Shown one piece after another: positions 19,824 through 29,579 of a stretch of DNA of 64,000 nt. Each line of letters begins with the position of its first letter. The first letter of the stretch is position 1. A model generated the notes under the pieces. The model worked only from the letters and a program-made list of their open reading frames with translations. It did no database searches and was not told the origin of the DNA. The stretch is from assembly GCA_040756655.1 (NCBI GenBank), contig JBFLYN010000006.1:19865-83864 (forward strand). Reading direction: 5' to 3'. This stretch comes from Bacillota bacterium. GTDB lineage: Bacteria; Bacillota; Sulfobacillia; UBA8153. The position numbers were made by a program, and so were the translations under genes.

Positions 19824-21065
19824 ATGCGATACGTTATCGCCGGCAACAGTGCCGCCGCCATCCATGCCATTGAGGCCATCCGGGCCCACGACCCGGTGGG
19901 CGAAATCGTGCTGGTGGCTCCCGACCTCCAGTCGTACTCCCGGGTGTTCTTGCCGGAGCTGGTGTCGGGGGAAAAGACCCTGGAGGACGTGGCCATGCGC
20001 CCGCCCGGCTTCTATGCCGGTCACCGGGTGCACTGCCTGGAGGAGAAGGCTGTAGGCTTGGACCCGGCGCGACGGAGGCTAAGCCTGGCGGGCGGTGCAC
20101 GGCTGGAATACGACCGGCTCCTGGTGGCCACCGGTGCCGTCCCCGCCCTCCCCTCGCTCCCGGGCGTAGAGCTGGACGGGGTATTGGTGGCGCGCGACTT
20201 TTCCGACGTGGCGCTCCTCAAGGAGCGGGCCTCACCCGGGCTCCCGGTGGTGGTCATCGGGGCCAGTTTTGCCGGGCTCAAGCTGGCAGCTGCCCTGCAG
20301 CACCGGGGGTGCCGGGTAGCCATCGCCGGGCGGGTGCTCAGACGAGCCCTGGATGATACCGGCGGCCGGCTCGTGGAAGCGGCCATCACCCAAAGCGGGG
20401 CCGACCTCTGGCCGGGTGTGCGGGCCCGGGCCCTCCTGGGCACGTCCCGGGTAGAGGCGGTAGAACTGGTGGACGGCACCCGCCTAGAGGCTGGGCTGGT
20501 GCTTTTGGCTTCGGGCGTAACGCCCAACACCCGGTGGCTGGAATCCAGCGGCATAGCGCTGGCCGCCGACGGCAGCGTGGTGACCGGGTCTTACATGCAG
20601 ACCAGCATCCCGGGAGTCTACGCCGCGGGCGACGTGGCCCAGGGCCTGGACATCGTCACCGGCGTGAAAAGACCCCTGTTACTGTGGCCGGTGGCCGTGG
20701 AACAAGGCCGGGTGGCAGGTGCCAGCATGGCCGGAGGATATGCCCGGTACGAGGGGAGCGTCCCTAGAAATACCGGCACCTTCTTTGGCGTGACCGTGGC
20801 CACGGCTGGCGCCACCGGAGGCCTGCCCGGGGCCGTGACCCGGGTGCGGGGTCCCGGTCCCGGCGGCTACGTCAAGCGCTGGTACCAGGGGCCGCGCCTG
20901 GTGGGTTTCTTGGCCGTGGGTTGTAGTGGGCCCACGGGCCACTGGATTACCGCCATGACCCGGGCACAACACCCGTGGTTGCAGTCCGGCAGCGGCAGCA
21001 TTGGGAGCGTCCTGTCTCACCGCTTGGGCATTTCCAACTCTGAAGGAGGGATAGCCAATGGCTGA
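19824..21065 (+). CDS. FAD/NAD(P)-dependent oxidoreductase (NirB/rubredoxin-reductase-like)
   Basis: YVIAGNSAAA, YDRLLVATG, VIGASFAG, TSIPGVYAAGDVA; ATG 19824 after GGAGG. Confidence 0.88.
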   Translation: MRYVIAGNSAAAIHAIEAIRAHDPVGEIVLVAPDLQSYSRVFLPELVSGEKTLEDVAMRPPGFYAGHRVHCLEEKAVGLDPARRRLSLAGGARLEYDRLLVATGAVPALPSLPGVELDGVLVARDFSDVALLKERASPGLPVVVIGASFAGLKLAAALQHRGCRVAIAGRVLRRALDDTGGRLVEAAITQSGADLWPGVRARALLGTSRVEAVELVDGTRLEAGLVLLASGVTPNTRWLESSGIALAADGSVVTGSYMQTSIPGVYAAGDVAQGLDIVTGVKRPLLLWPVAVEQGRVAGASMAGGYARYEGSVPRNTGTFFGVTVATAGATGGLPGAVTRVRGPGPGGYVKRWYQGPRLVGFLAVGCSGPTGHWITAMTRAQHPWLQSGSGSIGSVLSHRLGISNSEGGIANG

Positions 21066-22233
21066 CACCAGCGTCACCATCGGCGGCCTGAGGTTTTCCA
21101 ACCCGGTGTTCGTAGCCGCCGGGTGTCACACCCGTGACGGCGCAACCATGGCCAGCGTGGCCCGCAAGGGTAGACCGGGGGCATTGATCACCAAGACCAT
21201 CGTAAGCCAGCCATCTCCTGATGTGCTTCCCTGCTTTGTGCCTGTGAAATCCGGCTTTATCAACTGCGTGGTAGGCAGTTCACTCCCGGCCCGGCAGTGG
21301 TTCGACCAAGAGATCGCCGCGGCCAAGGCAGGCGGGGCCACGGTCATAGCCAACCTGGCCGGCTTTTACCCGGCCCAGGCGGCAGAACTGGCCGCCCAGG
21401 CTGTGGCGGCCGGGGCCGACGCCGTCGAGCTCCCCACCGTCTGTTCTCACCTCAGGGAAATCCTGGAGGCCCTCTACCCGGGCTTGGTCGTCGAACTGCC
21501 CGGCATCTACGATACCGGGCCTTTCGTCGAAACGCTCAGGGCAGTGAAAGCCGCCGTGGATGTCCCGGTGATCGCCAAGCTCAGCGCGGTGTTTTTGAAC
21601 AACACTGTCCAGTGGGCCCAGGCGGCAGCCGAGGCTGGCGCCGATGCCGTTGCCTGTGCCGACGCCCTTGGTCCGGCACTGGCCATCGACATCGAGACGG
21701 GCGAACCCCTCCTGGGCGGCCCGCGGGGAGTGGGCGGCCTCACTGGTGATGCCCTCAAGCCCATTGCCATGCGCATGGTGCTGGAGGTAGCACAGACCGT
21801 GGCATTGCCCGTCATCGGGGTGGGCGGCGTCAACTCCGCCGAGGACGCCATCGAGTATTTCATGGCCGGGGCCTGCGCCGTGGGCGTGTGCACGGCCGGG
21901 CACCTACGGGGCATTGAAGCCTACGACAAAATCATCACCGGCATTGAGCGGTGGCTGGACCAGCGCGGGTACGGTTCCATCAACGATGTGCGGGGGCTGA
22001 CCATCAGGCGCATCAATGCCCGCAAAGAGCAGGGTCGCCAGTGCATCACTACCCCTCGCTTTCCGGAACTGGACGCTTCGCTCTGCAACGCCTGTGGCAT
22101 CTGCGTGCGCTCCTGCGTGTTTCAAGCCCTAGTCGTAGAAGACGTGGCCGTGGTGGACCGGGCCCGGTGCTATGGCTGCGGCCTGTGCGCCCGGGTCTGC
22201 CCGCGAAAGGCCTTCTCACTGGCCTACTACTAG
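21058..22233 (+). CDS. Dihydroorotate/dihydropyrimidine dehydrogenase (PreA-like) with C-terminal 2x[4Fe-4S]
   Basis: ITKT, PVIAKLS, GGLTGDALKPIAMR, IGVGGV..AEDAIEYFMAGA, CNACGIC..C and CYGCGLC..CP. Confidence 0.88.
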   Translation: MADTSVTIGGLRFSNPVFVAAGCHTRDGATMASVARKGRPGALITKTIVSQPSPDVLPCFVPVKSGFINCVVGSSLPARQWFDQEIAAAKAGGATVIANLAGFYPAQAAELAAQAVAAGADAVELPTVCSHLREILEALYPGLVVELPGIYDTGPFVETLRAVKAAVDVPVIAKLSAVFLNNTVQWAQAAAEAGADAVACADALGPALAIDIETGEPLLGGPRGVGGLTGDALKPIAMRMVLEVAQTVALPVIGVGGVNSAEDAIEYFMAGACAVGVCTAGHLRGIEAYDKIITGIERWLDQRGYGSINDVRGLTIRRINARKEQGRQCITTPRFPELDASLCNACGICVRSCVFQALVVEDVAVVDRARCYGCGLCARVCPRKAFSLAYY

Positions 22234-22251
22234 ACAAAGGAGGCTTCTTTC

Positions 22252-23250
22252 GTGCCCAAGGCTGACCGGAGGCTCATCGTTATCGCTCTGGGCGGCAATG
22301 CCATTCTCAGACCAGGACAGCGCGGCACCGTGGCGGAACAGGCCCAGAACGTGGCCACCACCGCCGCGCAGGTCGTAGAGATCCTGAAGGCCGGCTACGA
22401 CGTGGTCATCACCCACGGCAACGGGCCGCAGGTGGGCAACATTCTCATCCAGCAAGAGGCCGGCTCCGAGCTGGTGCCGCCCATGACCCTGGACATCTGC
22501 GGCGCCCAGAGCCAGGGCCAGATCGGCTACATGATCCAGCAGTCCCTGGGCGGTCTCTTGGCCCAGGCCGGCATGTCCCGGCCGGTAGTCACCGTGCTCA
22601 CCCAGGTACAGGTGAACCCGGACGACCCGGCTTTCTCCCGCCCCACCAAGCCCGTGGGGCCCTTCTACACCGAAGAACGCGCACGCCGGCGCATGGCCCA
22701 GACCGGGGAGACCTGGGTGGAAGACGCCGGGCGCGGGTGGCGCAAGGTAGTGGCGTCCCCGGACCCGGTAGCCATCGTGGAAGCCGCGACCATCCGGGAG
22801 CTTTCCCAGGGGGGCACTGTAGTCATCGCCTCGGGCGGCGGGGGGATCCCGGTGGTAGAAACAGCTCCCGGGATCTTTCGAGGGGTAGAGGCCGTCATCG
22901 ATAAGGATCTGGCCGGGCAGCGCCTGGCCACCGGCCTGGGAGCCTCGGCCTTCGTCATCCTCACCGACGTGTCCCGGGTGTGCCTGGAGTATAAGACCGC
23001 GCGGCAGCGGGAACTGGCGTCCATGAGCCTGGAAGAGGCCGGCGCCTACATGGCGCAGGGTCACTTCAAACCCGGGAGCATGGGGCCCAAGGTCAAGGCC
23101 GCCATGAGGTTCGTGGAAGCCGGGGGTCAGGCAGCCATCATCACGTCGTTGGACGCGGCGGTGGACGCCATCACCGGCGACGCCGGCACCTGGATTTCCC
23201 GCAATGGAAGGAGGGAATGCAACTTACGTGAGTCTCAAAGCGGTCTTTGA
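22252..23250 (+). CDS. arcC: Carbamate kinase
   Basis: IALGGNA, THGNGPQVG, PTKPVGPFY, GWRKVVASP, GGGGIPV, GVEAVIDKD, GSMGPKV. Confidence 0.96.
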   Translation: MPKADRRLIVIALGGNAILRPGQRGTVAEQAQNVATTAAQVVEILKAGYDVVITHGNGPQVGNILIQQEAGSELVPPMTLDICGAQSQGQIGYMIQQSLGGLLAQAGMSRPVVTVLTQVQVNPDDPAFSRPTKPVGPFYTEERARRRMAQTGETWVEDAGRGWRKVVASPDPVAIVEAATIRELSQGGTVVIASGGGGIPVVETAPGIFRGVEAVIDKDLAGQRLATGLGASAFVILTDVSRVCLEYKTARQRELASMSLEEAGAYMAQGHFKPGSMGPKVKAAMRFVEAGGQAAIITSLDAAVDAITGDAGTWISRNGRRECNLRESQSGL

Positions 23251-24583
23251 AGCCCGTAGCGTGGCAGTGGTAGGGGCATCCGCTACGCCCGGGAAAATCG
23301 GGTACACCATAGTAGAAAACCTCCTCGGCGCCGGATTCCAGGGGCGCATTCACCCGGTCAACCCTCGCGGCGGGGAGATCCTGGGCCTGACGGCCGTCCG
23401 CGATCCCTCGGAGATCCCCGGAAAACTGGACCTGGCGGTGATGTGTATACCGGCGCCGCTGGTACCGGCGGCCCTGGAGCAGGTGGCCCGGGCCGGGGCC
23501 CAGGGCGCCGTGGTCATCTCGGGAGGCTTCGGCGAGGTGGGCAACGCTGAGCTGGAGGAAGTGACGGTCAGCACCGCGCGCCGCCTGGGTATCAGGTTGA
23601 TCGGCCCTAACTGCCAGGGCGTCAACTACACCCCCCGGGGGCTGTGCGCCACCTGGCCGTTGCTCAAGGTGCCCGGGCCCATCGCCATCATCTCCCAGAG
23701 CGGCACCGTGGGGGCGGCGCTGGGCGACTGGGCAGAGCAGGAGGGATTGGGCATTTCGGCCTTTGTGGGGTTGGGAAACAAGGCCGATGTTAGCGAACTT
23801 GAACTCATGGAGTATTTTGCCGGCGACCCGCACACCCGTTGTATTGCCCTGTACCTGGAGCGGGTCAGGGACGGTCATGAGTTCAGGCGGGTGGCCAAGG
23901 AAGTGCGGGCCGAAAAGCCCGTGGCCATCCTGCGGGGCGGGCGCACGGCCCGGGGCCGGGTGGCCGCCGAGTCCCACACCCGTTCCGTGGCGGGAAGCTA
24001 CGCAGTCTTCAAGGCGGTAGCGGGCGAGTTGGGCTTGTACTTGGCCACCACAGTGACCGGGCTTTATGACTTGGCCAAATTCGCTGCCCTCTCCCGGCCG
24101 CCCGCGGGCAGACGCATTTTCTGTATCACCAGTTCGGGCGGCAGCGGCATCCTGGCGGTGGACGCCGCCGAGGAACTCGGGCTGGTCCAGGCAGAGCTGT
24201 TGCCTGACCTGGCAGAAGAGCTGCGGGCGACCCTGCCCGAACGGTGCGTCATCTCTAACCCCCTCGACCTCACGGGAGATGCCGACGCTGCCCGCTACCT
24301 CACCGCCGGCCGACTGGTCGCCGCTCACCAGGCCGCCGACGTATACTTGATGATTTTTGGTGATCCAGTGCCTGGGGCCAGCCAGGCCGCCCGGGCCCTG
24401 CAGGAGCTGGTAGCTCCGGCAGGCGGGACGGTAGTGGCGTGTTGCCTGGGCGGCGGAGAGGTGGAACGAGACGAGGTGGTCCGGCTGCACCAGGCCGGCA
24501 TCCCCGCGTTTCCGGCGCCGGAGCGGGCGGTGGCCGCCGTCGCCGCGACTTTGGACCGGGCACCCCAAGACGGAGGTGAATGA
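23228..24583 (+). CDS. ADP-forming acyl-CoA synthetase alpha subunit (CoA-binding)
   Basis: SVAVVGAS, PVNP, ISGGFGE, IGPNCQG, SQSG, GLGNKADV, SHT phospho-His, NPLDLTGD; GTG 23228 after GGAGG. Confidence 0.92.
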   Translation: MSLKAVFEARSVAVVGASATPGKIGYTIVENLLGAGFQGRIHPVNPRGGEILGLTAVRDPSEIPGKLDLAVMCIPAPLVPAALEQVARAGAQGAVVISGGFGEVGNAELEEVTVSTARRLGIRLIGPNCQGVNYTPRGLCATWPLLKVPGPIAIISQSGTVGAALGDWAEQEGLGISAFVGLGNKADVSELELMEYFAGDPHTRCIALYLERVRDGHEFRRVAKEVRAEKPVAILRGGRTARGRVAAESHTRSVAGSYAVFKAVAGELGLYLATTVTGLYDLAKFAALSRPPAGRRIFCITSSGGSGILAVDAAEELGLVQAELLPDLAEELRATLPERCVISNPLDLTGDADAARYLTAGRLVAAHQAADVYLMIFGDPVPGASQAARALQELVAPAGGTVVACCLGGGEVERDEVVRLHQAGIPAFPAPERAVAAVAATLDRAPQDGGE

Positions 24584-26535
24584 CCATGCACCAGATTATT
24601 GCAGCCAAGCCGGGCCAGCGCCTGCTCCTCATGGGAAACGAGGCCATTGCCCGGGGCGCCCTGGAGGGCGGTGTGGACCTGGTAGCCGCCTACCCGGGTA
24701 CCCCCTCTTCCGAGATTACCGAGACCTTGCTGGACGTGGCCGAGGACACCGGCATCTATGCGGAATGGAGCACCAACGAAAAAGTCGCCTTCGAAGTGGC
24801 AGCCGGGGCCGCCATTGCGGGAGTGCGGTCGTTGGTGGCCATGAAGAACGCCGGTCTCAACGTGGCCATGGATACGTTCATGACCATCCCTTACGGGGGG
24901 ATCATGGGGGCCATGGTGGTGGTAGTGGCCGACGACCCCGGCGCCCACTACTCCTCAACCGAGCAGGACACCCGGGTGCTGGCCCGCTACGCCGAGATCC
25001 CGTGCTTTGAGCCCCGGGACCAGGACGAGGCCCGGGCCATGACCGCCGCCGCGCTGGAGCTTTCGGCCCAGTTGGAACTACCGGTGTTCGTGCGGTCGGT
25101 GACGCGCATCTCCCACGCCTCGGGCGACGTTACCCTGGGCCACGTACCGGCCCGGTCCCCGGACCCCGGTTTTAACCGCCACTACGGCATGCCTTTCCGC
25201 TGGGGCGTGTACGGTCCCCCGGGAGCCACCTCCAAGCACGCCTGGCTCCACCGGACCTTCCCCCAGCAACTGGCAGCCAGCGAGCAGTCTCCATTCAACG
25301 TGCTGACCCTAAAGGACGGGGCCCGGGTGGGCATCATCGCCGCGGGCCTGGGATCCGCCTACGCCCAGGACGCCTTGACGGACCTGGCCATCGGGGAAAA
25401 CTGCCACTTCTTAAAGCTGGGTCTGGTCAACCCCCTGCCGGAACAGCAGCTGAAAGCCATCATCCGGGCCAGCCAGATGCTCTTGGTGGTAGAAGAGGGC
25501 GACCCGGTGGTAGAACAGGAAGTGTGGGCGCTGGCCAAGGAGCACAACCCGGACGCCGTCATCTGGGGCAAGTGGAAGCAGCAAGCCTTTCTCCCCTACG
25601 GCGAGCTCAACGGGGACCTGGTCAGAAACGCCGTGGCCCGGGTCTTTGCCCAGGACCTCCCGGCTTGTGCCGCCCGGTCGGAGATGAAAGAAAAGCTCCG
25701 GAAACTAGTAGTCCCCCGCTCGTCTACGCTGTGCGCCGGTTGCCCGCACCTGGGCTCCTTCTGGGCCCTGAAAATGGCCCTGCGCCGCTTTCCGGGCACC
25801 CATATCGTCAACGGCGACATCGGCTGCTATGAGCAGGGCGGGTACGGCATCTTCGGCCAGGCCGTCAAGGACGGGCCGGAACGCAAGCAGAAACAACCCA
25901 TCCGGTCGCCCTACGAGATCCTGGATACCTGCCACGTGATGGGGAGCGGCATCGGCCTGGCCCAGGGGCAGGCCCAGGCCGGCTACAGGGAAGGCAAGGT
26001 GCTAGCGGTGGCGGGCGACTCCACGTTCTTCCATGCCTGCCTACCCGCCCTGGCCAGTGCGGCCTGGAACAACGCCGATATCACGTTCTTGATCATGGAC
26101 AACTCGTGGACGGCCATGACCGGTCACCAGCCCAGCCCCACCACCGGCAACGGCCAGCCCGTGTTTGACATCCCCGGCCTTGCCGAGAAGCTAGGGGCCA
26201 AGATATGGCAGGCCCGCGCCTTCGACCTGGAGCAGGCCACGGAGACCATTGCCCAGGCGGTGGCCCACGCTGGGCCCAGCGTGGTGGTGCTCACCGGCGA
26301 ATGCGCCCTGCAGTATATCCGACGGGAACGACCCGGGCCTGGACTTACTCAAGTGGACCCGGCAGCCTGCACCGGCTGCAAGATCTGCCTGGCCGTGGGC
26401 TGCCCGGCCGTGACCTTTGACAACACCACCAAGAAGGCGGGCATCGATGCCGTCCAATGCATAGACTGCGGGCTCTGCGTGGCGGCCTGTCCCCAAGGGG
26501 CCATGAGTGCCGGAGGTGAAGACCATGGCAGTTAA
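24580..26535 (+). CDS. iorA: Indolepyruvate:ferredoxin oxidoreductase alpha subunit
   Basis: LLMGNEAIARG, YPGTPSSE, EWSTNEKVA, DDPG..SS.EQD, LCAGCPH, GDIGCY, GDSTF, AMTGHQ, C-terminal ferredoxin. Confidence 0.95.
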   Translation: MTMHQIIAAKPGQRLLLMGNEAIARGALEGGVDLVAAYPGTPSSEITETLLDVAEDTGIYAEWSTNEKVAFEVAAGAAIAGVRSLVAMKNAGLNVAMDTFMTIPYGGIMGAMVVVVADDPGAHYSSTEQDTRVLARYAEIPCFEPRDQDEARAMTAAALELSAQLELPVFVRSVTRISHASGDVTLGHVPARSPDPGFNRHYGMPFRWGVYGPPGATSKHAWLHRTFPQQLAASEQSPFNVLTLKDGARVGIIAAGLGSAYAQDALTDLAIGENCHFLKLGLVNPLPEQQLKAIIRASQMLLVVEEGDPVVEQEVWALAKEHNPDAVIWGKWKQQAFLPYGELNGDLVRNAVARVFAQDLPACAARSEMKEKLRKLVVPRSSTLCAGCPHLGSFWALKMALRRFPGTHIVNGDIGCYEQGGYGIFGQAVKDGPERKQKQPIRSPYEILDTCHVMGSGIGLAQGQAQAGYREGKVLAVAGDSTFFHACLPALASAAWNNADITFLIMDNSWTAMTGHQPSPTTGNGQPVFDIPGLAEKLGAKIWQARAFDLEQATETIAQAVAHAGPSVVVLTGECALQYIRRERPGPGLTQVDPAACTGCKICLAVGCPAVTFDNTTKKAGIDAVQCIDCGLCVAACPQGAMSAGGEDHGS

Positions 26536-27136
26536 CATCATCATCACCGGTGTAGGCGGGCAAGGCAGCGTCCTGGCCTCGCGTATTGTGGCCGGTGCTT
26601 TGCTGCAGCACGCGGGCTCCGATCCTCAATACCGGGTACGGGTGGGAGAGACCTTCGGGGCCGCCCAGCGCGGGGGTTCAGTAGCCTCCCACGTGCGTGC
26701 AGGATCCGTCCTGGGACCCCTGGTGGGAGAGGACCAGGCCGATCTCATCGTCGCCCTGGAGCCCCTGGAAGGCCTCAGGATCGCCGTTCGGTACCTCAAG
26801 CCCGGCGGCACGGTGGTGCTGAATACCCGGGCGGTCCCTCCCACCGATGTCAAGGCCGGCTATGCCCAGTACCCGGCGCTGGAGGCCATCCTGGAAGCCC
26901 TTGACCGCCTCGGCGGGAAGGTCATCGCCCTGGACGCCACCGCCCTGGCCGAAGAGGCAGGCAGTATCAAGGCCATGAACGTGGTGCTGGTGGGAGCAGC
27001 AGCCCGCACCGGCCTGACGGGCGTACACCGCGAGACCTTCCTGCAAGCGGTGGAAGACCGGGTGCCCGCGCGCTTCAAGGCCCTGAACCTGAAGGCCTTC
27101 GACCTAGGATGGCAATGCGCCGGGGAGGCGACGTAA
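26525..27136 (+). CDS. iorB: Indolepyruvate:ferredoxin oxidoreductase beta subunit
   Basis: GVGGQG, GAAQRGGSVASHVR, ALEPLEG, NVVLVG, NLKAFDLG. Confidence 0.93.
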   Translation: MAVNIIITGVGGQGSVLASRIVAGALLQHAGSDPQYRVRVGETFGAAQRGGSVASHVRAGSVLGPLVGEDQADLIVALEPLEGLRIAVRYLKPGGTVVLNTRAVPPTDVKAGYAQYPALEAILEALDRLGGKVIALDATALAEEAGSIKAMNVVLVGAAARTGLTGVHRETFLQAVEDRVPARFKALNLKAFDLGWQCAGEAT

Positions 27137-27137
27137 C

Positions 27138-27821
27138 ATGGGCCAGCCAGGTGCTGACCTGATCCAGATGGCCCGGGCGGAAGGACGCCACCTGCTGGAG
27201 CCCGAGGCGGCCCTCCTGTGCCAGGCCTTTGGCCTGCCGTTGCCGGCCTGGCGGTGGGTGCATGATCAAGCCCAAGCTCTGGAGGCAGCTGCGGACCTAA
27301 AGAGCCCGCTGGTGCTCAAGCTGGTGAGCCGGGACATCCTCCACAAGAGCGATGTGGGCGGTGTGAAACTGGGGGTCACCAAAGGTGAGATGACGGCTGC
27401 GGCTTTCGCTGAGCTGGCCAGTATCGCTCAGGCCCGGAAGGCCCGCTTCGACGGGGTGCTGGTGTGCCAACAAGCACCGGCCGGGCTGGAGCTGGTGGCG
27501 GGAATGGTGCAGGACCCCGAGTTCGGCCCGGCCCTTATGTTCGGCCTGGGCGGCACGGCTGTGGAGCTCTTCGGGGATGTCGCCTTCGGTTCGGTGCCGG
27601 TGACTCCCGCCCGTGCCCGGCACATGATCGCCAGCACCCGGGCGGGGAAGCTGCTTTCCGGATACCGCGGCGCCTGCTTAGACCTGGAGGCAATCACCGC
27701 CGTGCTCACCGGCCTTTCCAGGCTGGTGGAAGCCCACCCGGAGATCCAGGAAATCGACCTCAACCCGGTGCGGGCCTACCAGAGCGGGGCCCTCATTCTC
27801 GACATCAGGATCCTCCTCTAG
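27138..27821 (+). CDS. ADP-forming acyl-CoA synthetase beta subunit (ATP-grasp)
   Basis: PLVLKLVSRDILHKSDVGGV, DPEFGPALMFGLGG, EIDLNPV. Confidence 0.92.
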   Translation: MGQPGADLIQMARAEGRHLLEPEAALLCQAFGLPLPAWRWVHDQAQALEAAADLKSPLVLKLVSRDILHKSDVGGVKLGVTKGEMTAAAFAELASIAQARKARFDGVLVCQQAPAGLELVAGMVQDPEFGPALMFGLGGTAVELFGDVAFGSVPVTPARARHMIASTRAGKLLSGYRGACLDLEAITAVLTGLSRLVEAHPEIQEIDLNPVRAYQSGALILDIRILL

Positions 27822-27829
27822 ATCCCAGA

Positions 27830-27870
27830 ACCGGGGCGCGCAGTTGTAGGGCGCCCCGGTGTTCTTCTCT
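27830..27870 (+). terminator. Putative intrinsic terminator of the catabolic operon
   Basis: ACCGGGGCGC-N11-GCGCCCCGGT followed by GTTCTTCTCT. Confidence 0.6.
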
Positions 27871-28088
27871 GCCCTCCCCCCTGCTTTGGCCGGCCGGCCT
27901 CTGACTGAGTTAAAAGGTGTGCCCCGCACTGGTGGCACTGGTTGCGGTCCGGGAGGTTGGTCGCCCGGTACGACGGGCAGGTCCTGGTCACCTCCCGGCG
28001 CCGGACCCCGATCTCCTCTTGGCTTTCCTACCTTAACTTTCGACAGACAGCGCAGTACGGGCAGAACTGCGCATCATCCCGAACAGGC

Positions 28089-28197
28089 AGCTCAGCGCTG
28101 CCCACCTCGCCGAAGCCTCCCGAGATGACCACGGCGCCGTGGGCCCCGGCCCGGGCCACCTGCTCCAGGGCCGCCGGTACCAGCGGTGCCGGTATAC
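28089..28197 (-). repeat. Inverted ~109 bp copy of 23445-23553 (inside the acyl-CoA synthetase alpha gene)
   Basis: Reverse-complement match with about 3 mismatches by manual comparison. Confidence 0.9.
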
Positions 28198-28199
28198 CC

Positions 28200-28418
28200 A
28201 GTCACCGTCAGGTCTTGGGGCACCTGCGCCATGATCAGAAGAGGTTTATGGTAGTTGAGGTCTCCGGCGAACTCATGGAATCCGCAGGTATACTAGTAGA
28301 GGAATTCAGCCTGCGTGGCTCTGATGCTCTTCACCTTGCTTCGGCGCTTTCTTGCAGCACCGGACCGGGCACGAAGTGCTGGCCGCCTGCTGGGACGTTA
28401 GGCTATGGGATGCGCTGA
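28200..28418 (+). pseudogene. PIN-domain (VapC-like) toxin fragment
   Basis: VVEVSGELMESAGILVEEFSLRGSDALHLASAL matches the PIN LRxxDAxHLAxA motif; N-terminus absent. Confidence 0.7.
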
Positions 28419-28536
28419 AGCAGGCAAGCCTAAGGCACCTACCCCAACGCCGGCCTGCACCATAAAGAGGCCAATGACCCGAGGCCTCCCTTGCCCATCC
28501 AACCTCGCAACACCTTTTTTGTGCTTTGTCTCATGC

Positions 28537-29448
28537 TTAAATGCCGTCCAAGAACCGGTTGACGCTGTCCCAAAAGACGGGGTCCAGGTGCATATCGTTG
28601 TGACCGCGATCCTTGATGATCTGGATACGGCTGTCGCTGCCCCATAGCTGCACCAGGGCCCGCGAATGGCGGTTGGGCACCACCTGGTCCTCATCTGCCA
28701 GCAGGGCCAGCAAGGGAGCCCGGGCATGCGGAGCGCTGGCTGCGGCGTTCATGGGATTCCTGATGAGCCTTCGTGCCGGGAGGGTAGGCAGCCTTTCTGT
28801 AATGATGTCGGTGACTGAGGTAAAGGGAGCGGCCAGGACCACGGCACCGACCGGTCGGTGGGCCGCCACCCGGGTGGCCACGGCAGTGCCCAGGCTGAAA
28901 CCCACCAGGAAGATGCGCTCTCCGTCTACATCATCCCGCCCGGCAAAATGGTCAAATACGAGAAGGGCATCGCTGTACAGCAAGTCTTCCCGCGGCTTTC
29001 CTTTGTTAACCCCATAGCCCCGGTAGTCCATCACCAGCAGTGACCTCCCGGCGAAGTTGTGGGCGAAGGGCAGCAGGTCCACGGCCAGGCTCCCGTTGCC
29101 GCCGTAGTAGATCACCAGGGGTTGCCGCCCGGGTCCTTCCGCCGGCAGGTACCAGCCGTGCAGTTCGATGCCGTCGGGCGCCTCCACAACCACCCGCTGT
29201 ACTCCGGGGTAACGCGCCAGCAGCGCTGCCAGTTCTCCGGGCGTCAGCGACCTGGCCGGAAACAGAACCCGGTCCTGTAGAACGTACAGTGCGCCCAGTA
29301 GCAGGGCACCAGATAGGAACACCACACCAATCACTTTGAGAAAAGCCTTGGCCAACGCTCCGCCGCCTCCATCCGTACTGGCTCCCTCTGCAACCTCCTG
29401 GTCTGACCCGGCTGCTGGGTGGCTGGCAAGCATCCAGCCACCTACCAT
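28537..29448 (-). CDS. Membrane-anchored alpha/beta hydrolase
   Basis: TM anchor, LHGW, GGNG, DYRGYG, GFSLG nucleophile elbow, DQVVP, GHND. Confidence 0.9.
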   Translation of the reverse strand: MVGGWMLASHPAAGSDQEVAEGASTDGGGGALAKAFLKVIGVVFLSGALLLGALYVLQDRVLFPARSLTPGELAALLARYPGVQRVVVEAPDGIELHGWYLPAEGPGRQPLVIYYGGNGSLAVDLLPFAHNFAGRSLLVMDYRGYGVNKGKPREDLLYSDALLVFDHFAGRDDVDGERIFLVGFSLGTAVATRVAAHRPVGAVVLAAPFTSVTDIITERLPTLPARRLIRNPMNAAASAPHARAPLLALLADEDQVVPNRHSRALVQLWGSDSRIQIIKDRGHNDMHLDPVFWDSVNRFLDGI

Positions 29449-29579
29449 CTATTTCGCAACGCCCGGCCCGGATCCTATCCGGGAACCACCAACCTGGAAC
29501 TAGCATGGCTGCTGAGGCCGGCATTCACCAATAAGGATGATAAGGATCAGAGGCCGGGCGAGCGTAGCGGGTGACACCC

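Noticed and set aside
9761-23250. Arginine deiminase pathway (carbamoyltransferase plus carbamate kinase)
   Set aside because: No arginine deiminase or ArcD antiporter, and the transferase lacks ornithine-binding motifs
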